Source: Marsupella aquatica (lineage: Eukaryota > Plantae > Marchantiophyta). Taken from it: a stretch of 64,000 nucleotides of DNA. Location of the stretch: assembly GCA_973895155.1 (NCBI GenBank), contig OZ316892.1, positions 22,607,168-22,671,167 on the forward strand, in the 5' to 3' direction. Made by a program: the position numbers and the translations under genes. Each line of letters begins with the position of its first letter. Positions within the stretch are counted from its first letter, which is position 1. The notes beneath the pieces were generated by a model. The model was not told the origin of the DNA and searched no databases. It worked only from the letters and a program-made list of their open reading frames with translations. This document shows positions 25,001-36,455 of this stretch, in pieces.

Positions 25001-28000
25001 TGCCTTGTACATTTCGCATGACCTTTTCTTGATATGACTGTGAAATGAGTGATGTTTTCAGCTTCAAGGTATCATTTATTTGTTATATAGATTAAGAGAA
25101 TCAGAGTTTTTGACCAATTTTAGACTGAAGTCTAAGTGTTATTTCTGACTAAAATTTTGGCTGCAGCTATGTTAGTCAATATTGTGGAAGAAGATGCGTT
25201 GCGACTTTATTCTCTAATCTGGTGTCGGACAGTTGCTTGTCAGATGGAACCAACCATCTATGCCCAGGTATGAGTTACTTCCTGCTCGGCATGAGATCGA
25301 GTCAAAAGATAGCAACTAATTGAAGTTTTATTTTTGTTTGAGGTAGAAGATTAGTGAAGCAAAAAATTTCTTCAAGCTTATGCCTCGGTGTGTTATTTTC
25401 AAATAAATGCAAATTTCTCGTAAGTGATTTAAAAAAAAGGCCTCATTGCACCCGCAACCATCAGGACATTGCAACACCAGCGATAACTAACGATTAAGCA
25501 GTAGTTCAGGCTTATTTCCGAGGTAGGGTTCGGGCATGTTGCACGGTGATTGATCTCTATCTAACTATTATTTCGCTGAATTTTGGTTGAAGGCAGGTCA
25601 CTGTAGATATTATGAATGATACTGAAGATTTGCAACTGAGAGCCAGTGGTTCTTCGATATCTTTCCCCGGGTTCCTCACTGCTTTCAAAGTAAGGCTACG
25701 AAGCACCCATTCTCTCCGCGAATTATTTCTGGTAGTTCTGTACTTTGGTAATGGTTGCGCATCAATGCACGAAAAACTTTTCAGGTATTTCTCTTGTGTA
25801 ACTATTACACAACATCGCACAAAGTGTACAAAATGCTTCGGGTTTCTAATATGTGAGGAGTGTTCAGGACAAGGAAGCACTGGTCATAAGTACAGACGAT
25901 GGTGGTGATGACGGGGCCGAGGCACATGTTGAAGGAGAAGATCTTCGGAGTCTAGAGGTAACTTGACTGCTTCAGAATGAAGCTGAATCATTCAAATCTT
26001 ATATTTGTAACATCAATTACTTCTGTGGCAGACTTCCTAGACCTCATCAATATGCTGGTTAGAAGATAAGTCATCATTCTATATATACATTCTGGCAATC
26101 TTTCTGTGCCTACATGTTTTGTTCACTCGGACAATGTTTGACTTGGAGGGATGTGGGGAATTTGACTGTGTCCTAAATTGTAGACGTCAGCCCTATGCCT
26201 GTCCATAGATGTCCTTCTAAATTTTTTGGAATTGCCGATCAGTAATTGTTTCTCCTTTTACAGTCTTCTTGATAGCATTGTATGCAGTTACTTCTCTGAA
26301 CAGTTTGATGCTCAATTGAAGAAAATGAGGGAATCAAGGTCACGTTCCTGATGACATGCGTGGCATGTATGGACTCTTCTCAATTGAATGTGAAATTTGA
26401 TTTGTCCTAAATTGTAGATGTCAGCTCCACAGCTGTCCGTCTATGGCATTCGAAATCCTTGGAAATGCCGCTTTTTAATAATTTCTCCATTTACTGTCCC
26501 CTTGATAGCATTGTATGTAGTTACTTCTCTGAGCAGGGTGACGCTCATTAAAGAAATGAGTGAATCAATGTTACGTTCCTGACAATATGCGTGGCATGTA
26601 TGGACGCTTCTAAATTGAATGTGAAATGTTTCGCAAGGCAGGGGATCTTTTATCACTCAGCAAAGTCCAACCCAACCAACATTTTACCGAATCACCCCCT
26701 CGATACTCTGAGGCTTCTCTGGTATGTCCTTAACCCTAAGCCTTTCGTCTCCTACATGTTTCAGATTCATTTCTCTCTTACCATGCTTTTCATCGGAAAA
26801 AGGTTTCTATGGTTTACTGTAGTGAGACATAATTAAATTGTGTCAAGGATTTGGTTTAGGACGGAGTTTTTGGTCATTGGAACTCCCAATGTCCGTGCGT
26901 TTGCTATGTAGTGCAACTTTCCATTTACTCATCTGTTAATGTTAAGGTGAAAAAAATGGAGGACTTGGGGATTGGCCGACCTTCTACGTATGCCTCTACG
27001 ATAAGAACTTTGCAGGTACATTAAAGCCGACAAATTTGAAACTTAGTGCTTTCAATAGGAGGACGCGTTGTCAATTTAGTATCTGAAATATGCTCCTATA
27101 ATCGCTTAAAACTTTTATTTATGGGTTATGTTTCCTGGGATAGGACAACGCTTGCTTTTATCTTTGATGAGGGATAACATATACTTTTTCTGTGTCATGT
27201 TGTGTTTGTTGCAGTCGCGAAATTATGTGAGGATCGAGAAGCGACGCATATTTCCAGAGGGCCGTGGTCGCATGGTATGTCGGCGTTCAGATAATCCCCC
27301 GAGAATTCTTGGTAATGCAGCTGGTTTCCTATTGATGTCGATAAGGTATGTCTTCGGTTGAAGTTCATGGGCATAGCGTAAAGACCTTTACTGGATGTTG
27401 TGCAGGTATCTACCTTCCTGTCGTACTACTTTCCGAGATTTTCGGATTATGAGTTCACAGCCAAGCTCGAAACACAGGTAGCCTACACTCCCATTTCCTG
27501 TAGATGGCTGTCACTGTGATCAGGAAGTGCTTTAGGAGGTGAATATTTTGCTTTATCAGGGATTCTCAGAAGAGATACAGATAAAAGGTTTTTGGTTGTA
27601 GCTGGATGATGTATCTGCAGGCCGTGCAGAATGGAAGAATGTACTGAAAAATTTCTGGCCCGAATTTCATGAAGGGGTCACAACGGTTTTGAAAATTCCT
27701 ATTGAAGAGGTATTAAGTTCCGCAAGGTAGCATGGGAGTTGTGGTTCTTTACACTTTAATTCATTCATATTTGTGACTCAATTCGAGGCTGTACTCTGGT
27801 CAGTTTAAGGGGATAAAATTTCGTAGTAAACAATCAATCCGTTTGAATCGATTAAATGCTCTTTAGATGGATAGGGGACGTGAATGATTAGTGTTGATAG
27901 TGGCTACCAACGGGGTCCTTGGGATAAGTCAGAAGCGATGCTATTAATTGTGAACCTTCTGGCTGCTGAGCAGTGTGTTAGAAACGTACAGGTGCTTACT

Positions 28001-30395
28001 ATTTTCTCGTCTACCTTTTCCCAGGTTGTGAATCTTTTGGAAAATGTCTTTGCGGAGCAATTCTTCTCTGGCTCGACAGAAAAACTCTGTCCAAGGTTGG
28101 TCTTTGGCTATCTGTCTGCTCTTGCCACAGTGCTCCCTTTCGACGTCTCGAGTGTGGGCCTTGAAGGACAATGTATTAGATCTGGAAACAGGAAGGAAAG
28201 CAGTGATTCCAAGTTGTTGTGACTTCCCAGCCAGATCCGGATTGATGTATGCTTTCGAAGTGATGAATCAATCATTTGACATGAGGGAGGAAATTCTGCT
28301 CCAACTTTCATCACTCAAGAAAAACTACCTCCTTATGGTTATCTTCGGCATCTGCTTTGATCCAAAATGCTCACTCGTTTCGACTTTTCAGAAAGCTGCT
28401 GTCGATAATGATAGTCACGTGCCTCGATTGTTTAATAAAGTTTAACTGAAGTTTGTGAAATGAGTTGCAGTTGCCATGAAGGGAAGATGGGCTTGAAACT
28501 AAGTCGGTTTGGATCTGGTTATTTTCTGGGTTGTTCACGTTACCCACAGTGCATGTAGGTACTCCTACCCTATTGAAGCCTTCAACTTTTATATCAGCTC
28601 TATGTTGTTACAAGCGAATCACCCCTTTGCAACTACACTCCACATGGCAATCGTTAAGGTGGGAGTTTTGCATTGATATGTGAATCTATTGTGCAGGTAC
28701 AAGACTAATGTCCTATCAGCAGATGGGGTTGATTCTAGTGACGAAGAAGAACCTACCTCTCAACAAGCCAAGTCAATTGGTGTTGATCCTGTAAGCGGCC
28801 TAGAGGTTGGTGTCACGACTCTATCCTGTGAACTTCTTTGTCAAGTCGGGGTTGTACAGTCCAATAATATTGCCCAGAGTATCTCCTGTGAATAGCAAAC
28901 TGTGGTTTGTGAAATGATGGCCGACAAGATTACCCGCCGTGAAGGCATTCAAATACTCACCACAACTATAGATTTACAATTGCAAAAAGCTTTCTACCTT
29001 GTCTTTGTTGCAAAAGGTTCGGCGATGAAAATCATGTGACGCAAATCAAAGGTACAAAAGGGACGTTGTTGTCGGGTTTTCCAGGTCGTCCTGAAAGCTG
29101 GACCTTATGGAAGGTATGTGCAAATCGGGACCGTATCTAAGAAGCAGAAACCCAAGCGAACAGCCATTCCTAAGGTAAGCTCTGGTTCCTTTTTTTTAAG
29201 CAAAGGTATTCTTCACATGACACTTTCTAGCCAGATATAAGCCAGTCAGGTTGATGGTAATGTTGCTCCGTTGTGCAGGATGTGAATCCTGATGACATGA
29301 CGCTGGATGATGCGCTTGAGCTACTCAAATATCCTATTGAGCTGGTTGGTCTCCTGTTATTATTCTGTCAATGGTAATTTAGAAATGATCCCGTAAGATG
29401 TAAATCTCTTTATGTGGAAGGTATTCGGGCAGAACATGTTAAAATAACCTTTCTGTAGATCTTTGTCTGGTTCTTGTAACTGCTCTCTGGTGAGGAGGAG
29501 CAAACGAGGGAGCTTGTCCGGAGCGCGAGGACCAGCATGATGTTGCCATACTGGTGATGGCCGCCTTTTAACATGACCTCAATCTTCATAAAGAAATATC
29601 ATATCATAAGCTGATTTGGGTCTTGCAGGGTAGGCACCCAGAATCGAACGCTCCAATAGTGATCGGCACAGGGCAATACGGGCCTTTCTTGCGTTGCAAA
29701 GCGGTCTTTGTGTCTGTTCCAAAGGTAAATTTCTTTCTTTCTTTCGAAGTGCGCCTGTTGACAAAGCAGTTCTGAACTCTCTCCTATCGTGATAGAGATT
29801 GAATAAGGATTTCTCTTTGGATGAGTCTCAGGAAGCCATACCAAATTTAACTGTGGAGCAAGCAGTGGTTCTGCTGTCGAGTAAACATGTCTCCAGGCGT
29901 GGGCGAAAAGGAAAAGCACAAGACAAAACCCCTTTGAAAGATAATGTTACTCATACAGATCAACCTAAGGATAGCAAAAGAGGCGCGACCAAAGCAAAAG
30001 TTCGAGCTACGTCTTCTGCTAAGAAGTCGGCTTCTGTGACTGCCGACAGTGTGGAGAAAGTAAAATTTAAAGCGGCAGATGAAAGAAAGAACAGTGATAA
30101 GATTGCAGGGGACGCAAAGGAAGTCAATACTCCTCATAAGCTTGCGAAGGCAAAGGAAAAGAAGAGAGAGAAGCTGGCAGGAAATGCGAAGGCGAAGGAC
30201 AAACAGAGTAACAAGCTTGATGGAAGTGCGAGGGCAAAGGAAAAGATTACAGCAGAGACTGTGGGTCAAGGCAAAGGAAATGGGGCAGGAAATGTCAAGA
30301 GAGCACCAGGAAGACCTCGGAATGTCCCCGAAAATGCAGGAGAGGTTGTACAGCCAGAAGTATTAATTTTACATTCAAACAAGTCCACATCTTAA
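22015..30395 (+). CDS. topA: Bacterial-type DNA topoisomerase I (type IA), organelle-targeted, 21 exons, ~1076 aa
   Basis: Exons: 22015-22191, 22436-22806, 23272-23953, 24106-24192, 24591-24637, 24897-25006, 25167-25267, 25597-25689, 25868-25957, 26638-26721, 26947-27015, 27215-27274, 27406-27477, 27602-27709, 28025-28095, 28471-28554, 28697-28805, 29085-29174, 29279-29344, 29629-29724, 29832-30395 (3231 nt, frame continuous). TOPRIM motifs [28 protein letters not shown]; SAGRVQS; catalytic Tyr in LITYMRTD; [11 protein letters not shown]; PPRYSEASL; GIGRPSTYA; C4 zinc ribbon. The S/T/A/R-rich N-terminal extension looks like a transit peptide. The start codon and exon 1 are less certain than the core. 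Confidence 0.95.
26161..26628. repeat. Diverged ~235-bp tandem duplication in topoisomerase intron 9
   Basis: TGTCCTAAATTGTAGA.GTCAGC, TTGATAGCATTGTATG.AGTTACTTCTCTGA and ATGCGTGGCATGTATGGAC...AATTGAATGTGAAAT each occur twice at ~235-bp spacing. Confidence 0.85.
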
Positions 30396-31675
30396 TGGGG
30401 TAGGTATGATACCCTTCTATTCCCTGTTTTCCAAGTCGAGAGGACCCAAATTGGAGTCTTTGAATGGATGTTTTAAGCTTATTCCCTGACTCTGCTAAGT
30501 GACGTTGCAAGTAGGTACGTTGACTTGCAAAGTTGCTCGACAATCCTGTCTTTTTGTGCGATACGTGTGACTACTTAAGTGAGGTGAGGTGTAGCTTTGT
30601 ACGAGTAGGGAAGGGAGCCAGATTTGTGCAGTTTTGGAAGTGTAAGAACATTTGAGTTCAATTCAAAGTGATGGAAATTATCTTTGGGGGCATTAGAACT
30701 TAAATCTCAAATCATATCTTGTGAACGTTGCTCTGAACTTTTGTGGATAACTGGCTTTTTATCGAACTCACTTCTACGTAGGGCAGCTGCAGCAAATGGA
30801 TACGTCAATTCTGAACCCATTTCACTTCCCTTTGCTACTTCGACTATTTCGTCGCAATGTCCTTTATGAATGTACCTTTCATATTAATCTGGTCAAATCT
30901 AATTGAGGCTCCGGGCAATGCACGACTGGGTTGGATGCACCATTAAATTGTCACTAATTGGGTCTTTCCATTTTCATGGAGTGACACTTAGTTTCCTATG
31001 AACTCCTCATTCAGAGTCCGCTGGTCTGGATTCACTTAGGCAAAAATACTTTCTGGTAGTTTTTCCTAGCGTGATCAAGATAACTTTAGGAGGCTGCAAT
31101 TGGTGGCATGTGCTGAGTTAGAGCATCCCCACCTGTCTTACAAAACTGGATGTTACATGGGACTTAATGAGACAAAGTGCTAGCGTAGACAAACCCATAG
31201 TGCGTTGCAGATGTTTTATATGTCATCAGAGTGAAATGTAATGTGGCCCCCTGAAAAGCGGAGGGAAAAGTGGAACATTTTTATTATGCAGATTGTATTC
31301 TAATTTTTTCATTTCATTTGGAGATTTTGTTTTGTATGGTCATTTTTATTGTCACCCCAGGTGACGTTTCATTCACCTGGCTGTTTTCCGTGTCACTTGG
31401 CAAATTTCCTTGTAACCCTCTGTTTGACAGACGCTCAGAATTAGGGCAATGTGAAAGGAACCCCCACCCCATCATGCCCACGTGTCACAATGACAAGGAA
31501 TATGGCTCTGCTGCTAAGATTACCCAATCATCAGGCATTGAGCATAAACGCATCCATTGCTAAATTAGTTGAGTATAAATGATCCGCCTCTAAAATTGGT
31601 AAAGAATAGGTTCCTAGTTTAATTAGTTAGTGACCCATGTGAATTTCTTTTCAAAATTTCTAGATGCACATTCAG

Positions 31676-31980
31676 CATGATTTGTCACAAAAAAAAGTCA
31701 TTAGTTGTGCAAGAACAATCAAATGAATGATTTGTCATAAACAAGAACCATCATTAATTGTGCAAGAACAATCAAATGCATGAATTGCAATAAACAATAA
31801 CCATTAGTTGTGCTAGAAGAACTAAATTTGATTATTAGACTCCACAATGTTTCATATTATCACAACGTGCTCCAAACAAGAACATGTTTGTTTTCAAATT
31901 AAAATATTTTTTTTTGTTTTTATGACAAGTTCATGTTTGTTTTCAAATTAAAATATATTTTTTTGTTTTTATGACAAGTT
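31676..31980. repeat. AT-rich direct and inverted short repeats
   Basis: About three copies of ATGATTTGTCA.AAA...TTAGTTGTGCAAGAACAATCAAATG (31676-31826), then two ~48-bp copies ending TTGTTTTTATGACAAGTT(CATG) (31884-31980), which is the reverse complement of the first motif. Confidence 0.7.
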
Positions 31981-34463
31981 CTGGGTAAAATGTAGGGCAT
32001 CATGCCGTAAAATAGAATATGATTTTATTTGACATAACTGTTTTAGTTATCTTTTCTTCTTATTAAGTACAAATCTAATATAAATAATAAATAGTTAAAT
32101 ATTTGCTAAAATTAAAACAGTTGCCAAAATTATGACAACCCTAACCAACTCCACATTTGGTACTAGACAAGCAAGGTATTCTGAAAGCTCCTTGCCTATG
32201 AAATCACCCTAGACATAACGAGCTCTACAGAAGAGGGACATTGAACATAGAGGAGATTATTGAGATGCAGGAATACAAACTCATAGTGGAATATGAAACT
32301 TAAGACAGGGTCAATTGTAACAGAATCTAATGAAACAAAGACAGAAGATTGGAACTTAATAAAATTGAGCGTAGATTTGATCACAAAGGAAACCAGTTAT
32401 GCTTCATTCAAGGTGTGCATTGTGAGCCAAGGGTCACCTGCCATGTTCCGGACTGCATTGGTAATATGCAACCCCCTGTTTCAGATTGAGTTACACTAAA
32501 GGGCCATTTAGTCCGTTTAGCTTCCGGAAATTAGGGGTCACAAAAGAGAGAGGGGTCCGGGTCCACAAACTAATTTGTGTTTGAAGCAAAACCAAGAAAA
32601 ATAGTTAGACCTTGTAAGTATAAAATCTGAAAAGTAAAAATTCAAGTAAACAAAGAAAAGTGTAAAATAGGGGTGAAAAAATAATATTTGGATAAGTTGT
32701 GATTGATAAATCAATGCTTTTTGGTAACGTGTTTCAATTTTCTATTTAATTTAAATATCTTTAAAATAATGACAAGTAAAAAGAAACTCTTCAACTACTT
32801 TAAGTAACATAAGAAACCCAACAAACTTTTCACCTTCTCTACATTTATCAAGTTAACTAAATAAACCCTTTAGTTACTATGGATGGAGGAGTAACAAGCA
32901 AATGTAAGAAACACCATAACTACTATGGGTAGAGGAATACAAAGGGACTCTAAGACATTTCAACTACTATGGACAAAGTAATATTTTGCATGAACTATAT
33001 GGAATGTTACATACATTGTATAGACATAGAGGCTCTAAGGGAAACATTTTGCATGGAGAATTACACTTGGTATTACCATGAATGTACTCCTATTTGTCTT
33101 CAATGAAATTGTCCTAACTACCGTTAAAATTCATTTTATTTAGAATCCTCCATTTAATTTTTGTCTTCTCATCTATCTATTCTAATATGCAACTCCTCAT
33201 GGCTCCAAATAGTTTTAAAATAAAACAAGCTTACATAACCAAGGGGTCCTCGAACTAATTGAGCATAGTGTTAAGGATTGCTCTTAGTCTTGTGACTCAT
33301 AGGTTACGGCAATTAGGCTAACCACAGTTAGAGACTTAGTTGAGGTTAGGTTAGTCGTGTGTGACCTTGCATATACCAGGGCTAGTGTAAGCCGTTGGTA
33401 CACAGTGCTTGCTCATTGTAACGGAGCAACTTGAGGAAGAAAGAGAGCTTGTGTGTTCGACGACTCTTGAAGTAAAGTTGTTGTGTTTGTGTGGAAGTAG
33501 CCTAGGAGAAAAGGTGAACCACATGTGGATTGTGTCGACTACGTGAGCATTGTATGAGTCATGATTATATCGTCATGAAGGAAGACGTCATAGTTCAACA
33601 CATATGTCCAATTATCAAATTTAGTCAAGCAAGTGTCAACGAGCATGGGTCCATTGCTAACATTATCTGAGTAGGGAATCCTTTCTAAAACGCATTGTTT
33701 TATTTGTTCTATATTGAACCACAATTTGCATAGCAACTGTGTATGGTCAAATGGTTGGATGATTGGATGTTGAGTACTTCACTGGTGAGGTGAATTTGTT
33801 TTGATGACAATGATTGATCTAGACATTCTTCAATGTCCAGTAGTTCCCCTCATTTACAAAAAGTATTATTAACTAGTTGGATGCTGAGTTACATAACTGG
33901 TGAGATGAAGTTTTGATGACATGGACTGTCGTGAATGTCTTTTACGTCATTGATTTCCTCATTTATATGAGATTAATATTAGGATAGATATTGGATGATT
34001 AATAAAATGTATCCTTTCCATATCTAAGGATAACTCAAGAATGTCAAAGGGAATCAAGAAGAAAGAAAAATATGAGAAAACAAGCAGAGGCATGGTTGGA
34101 GTGAAGCTTTTAGAAAGGATTTTAATGTGGTCCTATATAAGCACAAAGGTGCGTTTGTTTTTAAGCACCAAAGGGTGAGATGCAGCTTAGTACTCTTGCA
34201 ATTATCTTCCTCAATTTTAACCAGCATCCCAGAAATGTGCTAAGAGCCAGTGTGGTGAAATCACCAGTACAATCACTAGGACAAATCTAGTTACAATACC
34301 TTGTCCATATGCGAAAAGACCCTTATATTGCTTGTGGCCACAATTTTAATGGTCTGAGTCTCTTACAAATGTTGTAAAAGTTTGACTACTGCATTGGAGT
34401 GCATATTATATTGATTAGCCTGAATGCCAAATTTTGCTCATTAAAAGATTGTGACTATCATCA

Positions 34464-34745
34464 TGTCCATTTTCAATTCCATCCCCCTACCAAAACTATG
34501 CCCCCAATCACAGTCTAGAGGCCTGAATACCCAAGCTTTGCTCATAAATAGATTGTGTCCATTCCCAAATCCAACCCCTACCAAAACCATGCCCCCAGTC
34601 ACAGTAGGCCTGAATGCCCAAGCTTTGCTCATAAATGTATAGTGACTCTCATTGTGTCCATTTCCAATTCCACCCCCTACCAAAACCATGCCCCTAGTCA
34701 CAGTCTAGAGGCCTCCAATTCCACAGTCATGAGGCCTCTATTCTA
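34464..34745. repeat. ~100-bp tandem repeat, about 3 copies
   Basis: TGTCCATT..CAA.TCCA.CCCCTACCAAAAC.ATGCCCC...TCACAGT...AGGCCT repeated at ~34464, ~34556 and ~34655. Confidence 0.85.
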
Positions 34746-34849
34746 GTTTTCATTGGCCTTTTATTAGATTAACTGACCAAGATTATTTTGGAAGGTGATT
34801 ATACAATAGCACTCTAGACTGTTGGCCGGTATCCTAACATTCAATCACT

Positions 34850-35400
34850 CTTTGCAAGATCAAACATAGGTTTTTTTGGCCTTGAAACCAAAAGCAGATC
34901 CATCCAACAAAGAATATACGATCTACTCTCAAAGCATGCGCCTCTGTCGGGTAGCCACAAGGGGGTCATACCCAGGGATCTGAGAGGGACCCAGACCAGG
35001 AGAGAGAGAGGGTTCAACCAGGGCCCCAAAACGGACAGCCAGGGGTTCTTCACAAGATCAAAGATAGGTTTTTTGCCAAAAGCAGATCCATCTAACAAAG
35101 AATAGATAAGCAGATCCATCCAACAAAGAATAGATGATCTACTCTCAAAGCATGCACCTCTGTGATAGCCACAACTGGGTCATACCCAGGGATCCGAGAG
35201 GGACCCAGACCAGGAGGGAGAGAGGGTTCAACCAGGGCCCCAAAACGGACAGCCAGGGATTGAGGAGAAAGCAGGACTCCCACCACTAAATCTCACCCAC
35301 CTACATACCCTTCACTACCCTTGTTTGTGGAGGGGGGATTGAACCTGGGAGTTCTCAGTTCTTGGCTAATCCCCTGGCCAACTGACCAAAGCCAATTGGT
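34850..35400 (-). mobile_element. tRNA-derived SINE candidate with duplicated body
   Basis: On the minus strand, an A-box-like TGGTCAGTTGG (35388-35378) and a B-box GGTTCAATCCC (35345-35335) lie 32 nt apart. They are followed by a ~190-205 bp unit present twice (35053-35258 and 34855-35045). No full cloverleaf, poly(A) tail or TSD was found. Confidence 0.6.
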
Positions 35401-36029
35401 TACATCGAGTTGGGTTTAGCTTCAGAGGGAGACTGATCAAACATGTGCTCAAGTGCACCACATAGACCGATGGACAACTTCACGGGAAAGACTAACCAGG
35501 CAAGTAGATGGAGCTGGGACGAAAGTTACAATGCCCAAAGAGTTATCGAAGGGAGACTAAGTTGACATTAGGCAGGCAGAAAGGGAGAGATGGAGGACAA
35601 TGTTCTTCAAAAAGTCTAATGAATTGGTGCACTCTTGGTGAGTATTCCATTAGATTTTCCGAGGGACACCGGTTTTAGCCACAGCATGCGTCATCTTGAA
35701 AAAAGCAAATTACACCATCCATCATGTCAGCCAGAAAATCCTCCATACGTGCAAATTGTACAGACTCACTACTCTTCAAGGGAAGAAAGAAACGACACTC
35801 TAGTCTATTACCGAATTTCACAGTCTGAGCCGAAGTAGTAAGTAAACCCTGTTACCTCATTCTGGCGGAAACAATTCATTGCTGCTCTTCAGCTGATCCT
35901 TCCACAACCTCAGATCATTAGGTCCAAAGCAAATCACCTTCTCCACTTATCGTGTCCGTGATCAGTGGTTATCAAGTTTCGATTACAAAAGAATAGCAAA
36001 CTGTGCACAATCCCAATGAGGGAGGGCAA

Positions 36030-36150
36030 GGAGCCTGATGGAAAGTAATGAAGGGTTACTATAGCGTAACAAACTTGACTAGGCCAATGAGCCTGGTAGG
36101 AAGTACTGATGGGTTACTATGATGTAACAAACTGGACTAGGCAAATGAGC
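36030..36150. repeat. Two-copy ~59-bp tandem duplication in the 3' region of the DUF1336 gene
   Basis: GAGCCTG.T.GAAGTA.TGA.GGGTTACTAT...GTAACAAACT.GACTAGGC.AATGAGC occurs twice. Confidence 0.8.
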
Positions 36151-36455
36151 ACCAGTCAGTCGAAAGCATTTCCTTAGGAGGGGTTATTGAACTGCCCGAG
36201 ATCCTTGTTAGAGGCCATATAACCTTGAACTTCCTGTGAATGTTTAACCCACGTTTAAGCTCAAGCGGAAAAATATCCATATAATGAATGCTATAGTTGC
36301 CTGATTCATAGAACCCCATGACTGCTCTGATTAAAGGCTTGTCCTAAAAAATAGCCAAACTTCAATCTCGTGTTAAGTACATGAATGGGGACTTCGCCGA
36401 TTGTTCAAAAAAATTCCAGCTCAATGAGAGCTTATTGGAGAGTGAATGTCCGAGC

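Noticed and set aside
22015-30395. Bacterial topA as contamination or recent horizontal transfer
   Set aside because: It has 20 spliceosomal introns and a transit-peptide-like extension; this is the normal nuclear-encoded organellar type IA enzyme of plants.
31118-31137. TTA-GAGCATCCCCAC (similar TTA-GAGCACCCCAC at ~56726) resembling a Tourist TIR
   Set aside because: No matching inverted end was found, so no element can be delimited.
35331-35400. Functional tRNA gene
   Set aside because: A/B-box-like motifs are present, but I could not build a convincing acceptor and anticodon stem; treated as a SINE head.
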